Below, piece by piece: positions 19,271-28,058 of a stretch of DNA of 64,000 bases (position 1 is the stretch's first letter; each line of letters opens with the position of its first letter). The notes under the pieces were generated by a model. It had not been told where the DNA came from. It did not search any database and saw only the letters and a program-made list of their open reading frames with translations. The stretch is from Porphyrobacter sp. (lineage in GTDB: Bacteria > Pseudomonadota > Alphaproteobacteria > Sphingomonadales > Sphingomonadaceae), in NCBI GenBank assembly GCA_041639595.1, contig JBEQBX010000001.1, forward strand, positions 39,629-103,628, in the 5' to 3' direction. A program made the position numbers and the translations under genes.

Positions 19271-21355
19271 ATGATCAGCGCCCGTCACTATTCCGCCGCC
19301 GCATGGATTGCCGTGGCCGCAATGCTCGCCGTACCCGCAGCGGCAGAGGACGAGGGCGCTGCCAAGATCGCGGAAACACCGCCGCAGTCGACGCGCAGCA
19401 CCTTTCTGCCCGAAGATTTTTCCCGCTTCGCCCCGCGCAGCGCGTTCGACATGGCGCGCAACGTCCCCGGCTTCACGATCCGCGAAGGTGATGGCGCCCG
19501 CGGCCTCGGCCAGGCCGATACCAATGTGCTGATCAATGGGCGCCGCATTCCGGGCAAGGCCAATGGCCCGCTTGAAGCCTTGCGCCGCATCCCGGTTGAA
19601 GACGTGGTGCGGCTGGAACTGGTGGACGGCGCCAGCCTGGGCATTGGCGGGCTGACCGGTCAGGTTCTCAACCTCGTCACCCTCGCCAGCGGCCGGGTAA
19701 CCGGGCAATTTCGTTACAATCCGGAATTCCGCACCATCGATGTGCCTCCCCGGCTGCTTCAGGGTAGCGTGGCGCTGGCCGGCAGCGGAGCGAAAAGCGA
19801 ATGGACGCTGGCGCTGCGCAACGAATCCAATCGCCGCGCCAATGAAGGCCCTGAAGAAGTGTTCGACGGCGCCGGCACGCTGGTGGCGCTGCGCGACGAG
19901 ATCGGCCGTTTTTATAATGACCGCATCAGCCTGTCTGGATCATACAGCCGCACCGCGGACAATGGCAGCATCCTCAACCTCACCGGCCAGACGCAGGGCT
20001 TCTTCTTACGCGACAGCGAAAGTTCCGCACAGCGCGCGCCCGGCGGCATCACCGACCGGGTACGAAACCTGCGCCGCACCGAAGACGAATTCAATTTCGA
20101 ACTGGGCGCGGATTATGAATTCGGCTTCGGGCCTGGTCGGCTGAAACTGATCGGTTATCACCGTTACGAAGACAGCCCTTTCACCAACAGCGTGTTGACC
20201 AGTTTCACCGACAACCGCGCAGAGCAAGGCTCGCTGTTCGTGCAGGACGCCGATGAGGGCGAGACGATCCTGCGCGGCGAATATACCGTGGCGACCGGGG
20301 GCGGAAACCTTGTCGCCGCGGTCGAAGGCGCGCGCAATTATCTCGATATCACCTCGGCGTTTTCCGAAAGCGATGCCGCCGGGGTGTTGCAGCCGGTGAC
20401 ACTCGAAGGGGCAAGCGCGCGGGTGGACGAAGACCGCGTCGATGCCGGACTGACCTTTAGCCGCGCGTTGGCGAACAGCCTCCAGTTGCAGGTTTCCGCC
20501 GGGGGCGAATATTCAAAAATCAGCCAGTCCGGGCCGTTCGGCCTTACCCGCGCGTTCTGGCGGCCCAAAGGCTTCGTCTCACTCGACTGGAAGGTGGGTA
20601 CTGATCTCAACCTTGCCGGCCGGATCGAGCGGGTGGTGGGCCAGCTCAATTTCTTCGACTTCATCGCCACGGTCGATCTGGATCAGGACCGCGCCGATGC
20701 CAGCAACGCCAATCTGAAGCCCGAACAGAGCTGGGTGTACGAACTTGAGGCGAGCTGGCGGCTCGGCACGCTCGGCAATCTCACGATGAGCGGCTATCTT
20801 GAAGATCTGATCGACGTCGTCGACCAGATCCCTCTGGCTGGCGGCGGCCAGGCACCGGGCAATCTGCCTTCAGCGCGGTTCTACGGATTTGAAACCCAGG
20901 CCACGCTGCTGTCCGACGGGGTTGGCTGGAAGGGCACACGCTTCGATTTCACGGTCGGCTGGAACCAGAGCCAGGTTCGCGATCCACTGCTCGGGTTTGT
21001 GCGCGAAGTGTCGGGCAACGAATTGATGTCGCTGGAATTCCGGCTGCGCCATGATGTTCCTGATAGTGATTGGGCGTTCGGAACCCGGGGTGACTGGACA
21101 AAGGTTGCTCAGGTCGTGCGGCTGAATGAAATCTCGCTTGCCCAGCCGAGCTTCGCGCAGGTCTTTGCCTTCCTTGAAAACAAGGACATTGCGGGCCTGA
21201 CCGTGCGTGCGCGGGTCGGCAATCTGCTCGATCAGGCTGACCGGTTCGAACGCACCGTGTTTGCCAATCGCGCGGCAGGACAGGCCGCCTTCAGCGAACG
21301 CCGCGACCGGCGGTTCGGAACGATCTTCAGCTTCGATGTCGAAGGTTCGTTCTAG
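19271..21355 (+). CDS. TonB-dependent outer membrane receptor
   Basis: Signal peptide, plug [41 protein letters not shown], terminal aromatic residue (EGSF). Confidence 0.85.
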   Translation: MISARHYSAAAWIAVAAMLAVPAAAEDEGAAKIAETPPQSTRSTFLPEDFSRFAPRSAFDMARNVPGFTIREGDGARGLGQADTNVLINGRRIPGKANGPLEALRRIPVEDVVRLELVDGASLGIGGLTGQVLNLVTLASGRVTGQFRYNPEFRTIDVPPRLLQGSVALAGSGAKSEWTLALRNESNRRANEGPEEVFDGAGTLVALRDEIGRFYNDRISLSGSYSRTADNGSILNLTGQTQGFFLRDSESSAQRAPGGITDRVRNLRRTEDEFNFELGADYEFGFGPGRLKLIGYHRYEDSPFTNSVLTSFTDNRAEQGSLFVQDADEGETILRGEYTVATGGGNLVAAVEGARNYLDITSAFSESDAAGVLQPVTLEGASARVDEDRVDAGLTFSRALANSLQLQVSAGGEYSKISQSGPFGLTRAFWRPKGFVSLDWKVGTDLNLAGRIERVVGQLNFFDFIATVDLDQDRADASNANLKPEQSWVYELEASWRLGTLGNLTMSGYLEDLIDVVDQIPLAGGGQAPGNLPSARFYGFETQATLLSDGVGWKGTRFDFTVGWNQSQVRDPLLGFVREVSGNELMSLEFRLRHDVPDSDWAFGTRGDWTKVAQVVRLNEISLAQPSFAQVFAFLENKDIAGLTVRARVGNLLDQADRFERTVFANRAAGQAAFSERRDRRFGTIFSFDVEGSF

Positions 21356-21408
21356 GCTTGTCGCCGCTCCGCGCGCTTCGTAAGCGGGGCGCGAGGAGAG
21401 TTCGCTTC

Positions 21409-22308
21409 ATGGTCCACACCACCCCCGCCGCCCCCAGAATGCGTTCATGGCTGTTTGCCCCCGGCGATAGCGAGAAGAAGATGGGCAAGGCGATCGGCGG
21501 CGCGGCGGATATCGCGCTGCTTGATCTGGAGGACTCCGTCTCGCCCGAAAACAAGGCGGCGGCGCGCGCCATGGTGGCGGACGTGATCGCCGCATCGGAA
21601 AACCGTGCAAGGTTGTGGGTGCGGATTAACCCGATTTCGACCGGAGACTGCATCGCCGATCTGGCTGCGATCATCCCGTCGCGCCCCGGCGGAGTGTTTC
21701 TGCCCAAGGCCGAAGGCGCCGCGGATATCACGCAGCTCCACCATTACCTCACCGCGCTGGAGGCGGCGAACGGCATTCCGCAGGGGCGCACGCTGATCGC
21801 GGCGCTGGTGACCGAAACGGCAGCGGCGATGTTCCGCACCGGCGAATATGCGGGCGATTACCCCGGCAAGGCGCGGCTGGCGGCGATGAGCTGGGGCGCG
21901 GAGGATCTGTCTTCTGCCCTTGGTGCGCGCGAACAACGCGGGCCGGACGGCGAATATGCGCATACCTATGAAATGGCGCGCAGCCTGTGCCTGATCGGCG
22001 CTTCGGCAGCAGGGGTTGCGCCCATCGAGACGGTGCAGCCGGAATTCCGCGACCTTGAGGCTTTGGAACGGCGCGCAAAGGCCGTGCGCGCGGCTGGTTT
22101 TCGCGGGATGCTGGCAATCCACCCCACGCAGGTCGAGCCAATCAACGCCGCCTTCACGCCGAGCGCCGAGGAACTCGCCCACGCCCAAGCGGTGGTGCAG
22201 GCCTTCGCTGAACATCCGGGCGCAGGCGTGGTGGCGCTGGACGGAGCGATGCTCGACCGCCCGCATCTGGCTCTGGCGCAGCGGCTGCTGGCTGAAGCGG
22301 GCGCATAA
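21409..22308 (+). CDS. CoA-ester lyase (CitE / HpcH-HpaI family)
   Basis: RSWLFAPG, LDLEDSV, WVRIN, LPKAE, ETAAA, WGAEDL, GMLAIHPTQV, MLDRPHL. Confidence 0.9.
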   Translation: MVHTTPAAPRMRSWLFAPGDSEKKMGKAIGGAADIALLDLEDSVSPENKAAARAMVADVIAASENRARLWVRINPISTGDCIADLAAIIPSRPGGVFLPKAEGAADITQLHHYLTALEAANGIPQGRTLIAALVTETAAAMFRTGEYAGDYPGKARLAAMSWGAEDLSSALGAREQRGPDGEYAHTYEMARSLCLIGASAAGVAPIETVQPEFRDLEALERRAKAVRAAGFRGMLAIHPTQVEPINAAFTPSAEELAHAQAVVQAFAEHPGAGVVALDGAMLDRPHLALAQRLLAEAGA

Positions 22309-22382
22309 TAGGTTAAAACATTTTCCTACTTTAACCAATTTGGTCATTTTCAGCGCGACTCACCACCCAAGGAGCGCGCGCA

Positions 22383-22796
22383 ATGGCCCTAATCGACGTC
22401 CTCATCGGTCCCATCGCGGCGATCATCGACAAGATCATCCCGGACAAGGAAGCGCAGGCCCGCGCGAAACTGGAACTGGTCGCGCTCGAAGGGACGCAGG
22501 AAATGCGCATGATCGAGGCGCAGCTTCAAGCGATTGTGGCAGAGGCGAATTCGCAAGACCCCTGGACCAGCCGCGCCCGCCCAAGCTTCCTCTATGTGAT
22601 GTACATCCTGCTGCTGACCGCGCTGCCGATGGGGGTGCTTTCCGCCTTCCACCCGCTGGCCGCACGCGACATTGCAGCGGGCATGAACGCCTATCTCAAC
22701 GGGTTGCCGGAGCCGCTCTATGCGCTGTTTGGCACAGGGTATCTGGGTTACACAGCGGCGCGCCAGTGGGGGAAGGTCAAGGGTGTGGACCGGTGA
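22383..22796 (+). CDS. 3TM holin-family protein (GTA_holin_3TM-like)
   Basis: IIDKIIPDKEAQARAKLEL..AEANSQDPWTSRARPSFLY..LFGTGYLGYTAARQWGK; strong AAGGAG RBS. Confidence 0.78.
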   Translation: MALIDVLIGPIAAIIDKIIPDKEAQARAKLELVALEGTQEMRMIEAQLQAIVAEANSQDPWTSRARPSFLYVMYILLLTALPMGVLSAFHPLAARDIAAGMNAYLNGLPEPLYALFGTGYLGYTAARQWGKVKGVDR

Positions 22797-22872
22797 GGCA
22801 AGCTCCGCTCTCTCCCGAACTTGCGCGGCAAGCCCCTTCCCCGCCACGCGCCTTCCCGCTATCCCCGGCCGC

Positions 22873-23313
22873 ATGACCAACCTCGTCTACGTCCTCAACG
22901 GTCCCAATCTCAATCTTCTCGGCACGCGTGAGCCGGAGATTTATGGCACCACCACGCTCGATGATATCGCAGGGATGCTCGAAGACCGCGCCCGCGAACT
23001 GGGGCTCGAAATCGAGATGCGCCAGACCAATCACGAAGGGATGCTGGTCGACTGGCTGCACGAAGCACAGGCCGAAGGCGCGCGGGCGGTGCTGCTGAAT
23101 GCGGCGGCCTATACCCACACGTCGGTGGCGCTGCTCGATGCGATCAAGGCGATCCGCACGCCGGTGATCGAGGTCCACCTGTCCGATCCCAAAACGCGCG
23201 AGGCGTTCCGCCACCTGTCCTATGTCGGCATGGCGGCGGCGATGACGGTGGAGGGCCACGGCGCCGATTCCTATCGCATCGCGCTTGAAGCCGTAGCGTC
23301 GGGGCAGGTGTGA
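22873..23313 (+). CDS. aroQ: Type II 3-dehydroquinate dehydratase
   Basis: LNGPNLNLLGTREPEIYG, QTNHEG, YTHTSVALLDA, IEVHLS..REAFRH. Confidence 0.96.
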   Translation: MTNLVYVLNGPNLNLLGTREPEIYGTTTLDDIAGMLEDRARELGLEIEMRQTNHEGMLVDWLHEAQAEGARAVLLNAAAYTHTSVALLDAIKAIRTPVIEVHLSDPKTREAFRHLSYVGMAAAMTVEGHGADSYRIALEAVASGQV

Positions 23314-23350
23314 TTTGTCACGTATCTTTCACATTTTGCACCCTTGCCAC

Positions 23351-23379
23351 TTGCCAGCCGCATTTGGCGGCAATAGTCC
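23351..23379 (+). promoter_or_regulatory. Candidate sigma70 promoter for accBC
   Basis: TTGCCA-N17-TAGTCC upstream of accB. Confidence 0.4.
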
Positions 23380-23431
23380 CTCGCGCTCAGCCGCGCTGCA
23401 TGGCGCGTTCACGAATTCATAAGGGGCATAC

Positions 23432-23947
23432 ATGGCAAACGACGCTGGCCAAGGTAGCAAGGCAAACGGGCGCAAGTCGGGGGGCATGAACATCGACACC
23501 GCACTGGTGCGCGAGCTCGCCGAATTGCTCAACGAAACCGGTCTGACCGAGATCGAGGTCGAAGATGACGACCGCAAGATCCGCGTGTCGCGCGGGGCGG
23601 TGGCTTCGGCTGCACCGGTCTATGCCGCGGCGCCTGCTCCTGTGACAGCAGCAGCAGCGCCTGCGGCCGCAGCTGCTCCGGCCGCGCCGGAACCGGCCGC
23701 CGGGCCGGATCTGAAGAACGCGGTCAAATCGCCGATGGTCGGCACCTGCTATCTCACGCCGGAACCGGGCGCTGCACCATTCGTCAGCGTCGGCCAGGCG
23801 GTCAAGGAAGGCGACACCCTGCTGATCGTCGAAGCGATGAAGGTGATGAACCCGATCACCGCGCCGCGCGCCGGCACGGTCACCGCGATCCTGATCGAAA
23901 CCGCCCAGCCGGTCGAATTCGATCAGCCGCTGGTGGTGATTGCCTGA
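23432..23947 (+). CDS. accB: Acetyl-CoA carboxylase biotin carboxyl carrier protein
   Basis: Ala/Pro linker, KSPMVGT, EAMKVMN biotinylation motif. Confidence 0.96.
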   Translation: MANDAGQGSKANGRKSGGMNIDTALVRELAELLNETGLTEIEVEDDDRKIRVSRGAVASAAPVYAAAPAPVTAAAAPAAAAAPAAPEPAAGPDLKNAVKSPMVGTCYLTPEPGAAPFVSVGQAVKEGDTLLIVEAMKVMNPITAPRAGTVTAILIETAQPVEFDQPLVVIA

Positions 23948-23951
23948 CATC

Positions 23952-25301
23952 ATGGGCATTAAACGCATCCTGATCGCCAATCGCGGCGAGATCGCCTTGC
24001 GCATCCACCGTGCAGCCCATGAAATGGGGATCGAAACGGTCGCGGTGCACTCCACCGCCGATGCCGATGCGATGCATGTCCGGCTGGCCGATCATGCCGT
24101 CTGCATCGGCCCGCCGCCCGCTGGCGAGAGCTATCTCAACATCGCCAACATCATTTCGGCAGCGGAAATCGCGCAGTGCGATGCGATCCACCCCGGCTAT
24201 GGCTTCCTGTCGGAGAACGCCAAGTTCGCCGATATCGTCGAAGCGCATGACATCATCTGGATCGGTCCCAAGCCTGAACACATCCGCACAATGGGTGACA
24301 AGATCGAGGCAAAGCGCACCGCCGGCGCGCTTGGTCTGCCGCTGGTCCCCGGCTCGGATGGCGCGGTCTCCGATATTGCCGAAGCCAAAGCGATTGCCGA
24401 AGCCGCTGGTTATCCGGTGATCATCAAAGCCGCTTCAGGCGGCGGCGGGCGCGGCATGAAAGTGTGCAACGGCCCGGACCAGCTCGAAACGCTGATCCAG
24501 CAGGCTGGCAGCGAAGCGAAAGCCGCGTTCGGCGATGCCACCGTCTATATCGAGAAATACCTCGGCAATCCGCGCCACATCGAATTTCAGGTGTTCGGCG
24601 ATGGCAACGGCAATGCGATCCATCTGGGTGAGCGCGACTGTTCGCTCCAGCGCCGCCACCAGAAGGTGCTGGAAGAAGCCCCCTCCCCCGTCATCAGCCC
24701 TGAAGAACGCACGCGCATGGGCGAAATCTGCGCGCAGGCGATGCGTGACATGGCCTATCGCGGCGCGGGCACGATCGAATTCCTGTGGGAAAACGGGGAG
24801 TTTTATTTCATCGAAATGAACACCCGCCTGCAGGTCGAACATCCGGTGACCGAAGCGATTACCGGGCTTGATCTGGTGCGCGAACAGATCCGCATCGCCG
24901 AAGGCAAGCCGTTGTCGGTGACGCAGGACGAACTGGAATTCAAGGGCCACGCGATCGAATGCCGGATCAACGCCGAAGACCCGTTCAACTTCGCGCCCTC
25001 GCCCGGTCTCGTCACCTATTTCCATGCGGCTGGCGGGATGCATGTCCGCGTTGATTCAGGGCTTTATGCCGGTTACCGGATCCCGCCCTATTACGACAGC
25101 ATGATCGCCAAGGTGATCGTCTATGGCCGCACCCGCGAAGGCTGCATCATGCGCCTGCGCCGCGCGCTTGAGGAAATGGTCGTTGAAGGGGTGAAGACCA
25201 ACATCCCGCTGCATCAGGAACTGCTGCGGCAGGACGATGTGCTGAACGGCGACTATTCGATCAAATGGCTGGAAGAGTGGCTGGACAAGCGCGAGGCCTG
25301 A
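23952..25301 (+). CDS. accC: Biotin carboxylase
   Basis: [58 protein letters not shown]. Confidence 0.97.
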   Translation: MGIKRILIANRGEIALRIHRAAHEMGIETVAVHSTADADAMHVRLADHAVCIGPPPAGESYLNIANIISAAEIAQCDAIHPGYGFLSENAKFADIVEAHDIIWIGPKPEHIRTMGDKIEAKRTAGALGLPLVPGSDGAVSDIAEAKAIAEAAGYPVIIKAASGGGGRGMKVCNGPDQLETLIQQAGSEAKAAFGDATVYIEKYLGNPRHIEFQVFGDGNGNAIHLGERDCSLQRRHQKVLEEAPSPVISPEERTRMGEICAQAMRDMAYRGAGTIEFLWENGEFYFIEMNTRLQVEHPVTEAITGLDLVREQIRIAEGKPLSVTQDELEFKGHAIECRINAEDPFNFAPSPGLVTYFHAAGGMHVRVDSGLYAGYRIPPYYDSMIAKVIVYGRTREGCIMRLRRALEEMVVEGVKTNIPLHQELLRQDDVLNGDYSIKWLEEWLDKREA

Positions 25302-25357
25302 CCTTGCTGCCGCTACCGGCGCAATAATGCTGCACCGCGGTGCAAATCGACATCAGC

Positions 25358-25390
25358 AACGGGCGGAAGGGCTTGGTCCTTTCGCCCGTT
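25358..25390 (+). terminator. Probable intrinsic terminator after accC
   Basis: Inverted repeat AACGGGCGGAAGG / CCTTTCGCCCGTT followed by a T-rich run. Confidence 0.6.
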
Positions 25391-25528
25391 CGTTTAAACT
25401 AGTGCCTCTTCCCCCTTCGAGAACGATCATGTTTTGGTGAAATCGGCATGATTCGACGCGATTTTGCCTGACGTTCCGGCTAAGACCACGCCGGGATTGC
25501 GCTGCACATTGGTGCGAAGGAGTGACGG

Positions 25529-26839
25529 ATGAGCCGCAAGACCCAGATTGTTGTCGTCGGCGGAGGCGCGGGCGGGCTCGAACTGGTCCGGCGGCTCGGC
25601 GCGAAATACGGGCGCAAGGCGCACGACATCATCCTTGTCGACAAGAACCTCAGCCACATCTGGAAGCCGCTGCTGCACGAAGTCGCCGCCGGGTCGCTGG
25701 ACGCCAACCTCGACGAAGTCGGCTACCGCGGCCACTGCCATCGCTGGGGATACCGGTTCTTTCAGGGCAGTCTTGACGGGATCAACCGGGAAGCCAAGAC
25801 CATCAGCCTTGCCCCGGTCAAGGACGATGACGGCAGCGATCTGATCGAAGCGCACACCATCCGCTATGACATCCTTGCGCTGGCGATGGGTTCTGTATCC
25901 AACGATTTCGGCGTGCCGGGGGTGAAGGAGCACTGCCTCTACCTCGACAGCCGCGAACAGGCCGACCGCTTCCGCACGCGCCTGCTCAATCACTGCCTGC
26001 GCGTCAGCCGGGCGATGATGAACGATCCCGGCGCGGACGAACAGGTGCGCGTCGCGATCGTTGGCGGCGGGGCGACGGGCGTGGAATTGGCGGCAGAGCT
26101 TTACAACGCGGCAGGCGCGCTGCGGCACTACGGGCTGGAGGTGTTCGACGAGAGCCGGATGCATGTCACCTTGCTGGAAGCCGGCCCGCGCATCCTGCCC
26201 GCCTTGCCCGAAAAGCTGGCGGCAGCGGCCAAGCATGAGCTCGGCGTGCTCGGCGTGCAGGTGCGCCCCGATGTGCAGGTCGTCGAAGCCCGCCCGCGTC
26301 AGCTTATCACCAAAACCGGCGAAGTGATCGAGGCGGATCTGATCGTCTGGGCAGCCGGCGTGAAGGGCGCCGAATTCCTCCCGAGCCTCGGACTGGAGAC
26401 CAATTCCCGCAACCAGATCATTGTAACCGACACGCTCCAGACGACGGTCGATCCGTGCATCTATGCGCTGGGCGATTGCGCAAGCTACACCCCGCAAGGC
26501 GAAGATCGCCCCGTCCCGCCCCGCGCGCAGGCCGCGCACCAGATGGCGGGCACCGTGTTCGACAATATCTGCCGGATGCAGAGGAAATTGCCCCTGAAGC
26601 ACTTCGTCTATCGAGACAAAGGCTCTCTCGTATCGCTGAGCCGCTTTTCAACGGTGGGCAGCCTGATGGGCAACCTGATCGGCGGGAGCATGGCGATTGA
26701 AGGGCGGCTGGCGCGGTTCATCTACACCTCGCTGTACCGCCTCCACCTGATCGGCATCCACGGCTGGGTGAAGGCGACGTTCCTGATGCTGGTGGGCCGG
26801 GTGAACCGCATCGTGCGGCCGAAGCTCAAGCTGCATTAG
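25529..26839 (+). CDS. ndh: Type II NADH:quinone oxidoreductase
   Basis: VVGGGAGGLEL, HIWKPLLHEVAAG, IVGGGATGVELAAEL, WAAGVK, VPPRAQAAHQMA, GSLVSLSRFSTVGSLMGNL. Confidence 0.92.
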   Translation: MSRKTQIVVVGGGAGGLELVRRLGAKYGRKAHDIILVDKNLSHIWKPLLHEVAAGSLDANLDEVGYRGHCHRWGYRFFQGSLDGINREAKTISLAPVKDDDGSDLIEAHTIRYDILALAMGSVSNDFGVPGVKEHCLYLDSREQADRFRTRLLNHCLRVSRAMMNDPGADEQVRVAIVGGGATGVELAAELYNAAGALRHYGLEVFDESRMHVTLLEAGPRILPALPEKLAAAAKHELGVLGVQVRPDVQVVEARPRQLITKTGEVIEADLIVWAAGVKGAEFLPSLGLETNSRNQIIVTDTLQTTVDPCIYALGDCASYTPQGEDRPVPPRAQAAHQMAGTVFDNICRMQRKLPLKHFVYRDKGSLVSLSRFSTVGSLMGNLIGGSMAIEGRLARFIYTSLYRLHLIGIHGWVKATFLMLVGRVNRIVRPKLKLH

Positions 26840-26879
26840 CGGCGGCCACAATGCCAACGACGGCCGCGTTGTGGAGGAT

Positions 26880-27335
26880 TCAATCGAACTTGAAGCCCTG
26901 TGCCATCGCCTGTGCAATCACTTCAGGGCCGGTCAGCATCGGGCTTTCCTGAGCAATATCATACCAATCGGGCTTTTCATCGACAAAGATCTGCTGTTCG
27001 ATCCCGAAGCCTGCTGGCAGGTCGAAAAGGCCCGCCAGAAATGATCGCCGGCCGGTTGGTAGAAAGCGATACCACAGGTTGCTGCCGCAGGTGCCGCAGA
27101 AGGCGCGTTCGGCCCATTCGCTTGAACGGTAGATGGTGGCCGCGTCCTCGCCAGCCACCTCGGCTGCTTCACCCTTTACGCCTGCATAGAGCGCCCCGCC
27201 CCAGCGCTGGCACATGGCGCAGTGGCAGATATCGACTTCGGCTTTCATCGCGCTGACGGTGATCGTCACCGCACCGCACAGGCAATGCCCGGTGACCGGC
27301 TCGGCAAGCCGGGGAACGGCCCGCTCCTCCGTCAC
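26880..27335 (-). CDS. GFA (CENP-V/GFA) family Zn-binding protein
   Basis: GHCLCGAV, ICHCAMCQRW, RAFCGTCGS; GTGA overlap with the Lrp gene stop. Confidence 0.85.
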   Translation of the reverse strand: MTEERAVPRLAEPVTGHCLCGAVTITVSAMKAEVDICHCAMCQRWGGALYAGVKGEAAEVAGEDAATIYRSSEWAERAFCGTCGSNLWYRFLPTGRRSFLAGLFDLPAGFGIEQQIFVDEKPDWYDIAQESPMLTGPEVIAQAMAQGFKFD

Positions 27336-27793
27336 AACGGAACGCCGGGTTCCTGCTTGGCGGTGCGGATGGTGAGCGAGGTTTTCACGCTTTCCACATT
27401 GGGCGCGGGCGTCAGCTTGCCGGTCAGGAATTCCTGAAAGCTCTGCAGATCCTTGCTTACAATCTTGAGAATGAAGTCGATTTCGCCGTTCAGCATGTGG
27501 CATTCACGCACTTCAGGCAGGGCGCGCATGTGCTCCTCGAATTCGCGCAAGCTGCTTTCGGCCTGGCTTTTCAGGCTGACCATCGCAAAGACGGTGATCG
27601 CATAGCCAAGCTTCGACGGATCAAGATCAGCGTGATAGCCGCGGATTACACCGTCTTCCTCCAGCCCGCGGACTCGGCGCAGGCACGGCGGCGCGGTCAG
27701 CCCGACGCGCTGGGCGAGTTCGACATTGGTGACGCGGCCTTCCGCCTGCAGTTCCGCCAACAAACGGCGGTCGATATCGTCAAGATTGGCCAC
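27332..27793 (-). CDS. Lrp/AsnC family transcriptional regulator
   Basis: LDDIDRRLLAELQAEGR..LAQRVGLTAPPCLRRVRGLEEDGVIRGY; ECHMLNGEIDFILK. Confidence 0.94.
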   Translation of the reverse strand: MANLDDIDRRLLAELQAEGRVTNVELAQRVGLTAPPCLRRVRGLEEDGVIRGYHADLDPSKLGYAITVFAMVSLKSQAESSLREFEEHMRALPEVRECHMLNGEIDFILKIVSKDLQSFQEFLTGKLTPAPNVESVKTSLTIRTAKQEPGVPL

Positions 27794-28058
27794 GTAGCTG
27801 AAGCTCCCTTCACACGGCCGCCCGCCCGAAAGCGAGAAGCATGCGATATATCCCCAAGAAACAAGACGCGCGCCGAACGGCCCGTCTGACTAATATTATT
27901 AGGTCTGACAGCAATTGTCCCGCTTTGCAACGCACCTTTCGCGTTAGACTGTGACAATCCTCGCATCCTGATAAGACGCAATGTGCGCCATCAGCTATTG
28001 CACGTTACGTCCAATGCTGGTGCCTGCGATTCGCCTGCGCCGCCTTTAGGGAGAAGCC

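Noticed and set aside
19166-19272. Overlapping N-terminal extensions of the TonB receptor and 2Fe-2S ORFs
   Set aside because: Better starts at 19271 and 19089 leave an ordinary divergent intergenic region.
22311-22340. CtrA box upstream of the holin
   Set aside because: The two TTAA half-sites are 14 bp apart, not the canonical TTAA-N7-TTAA.
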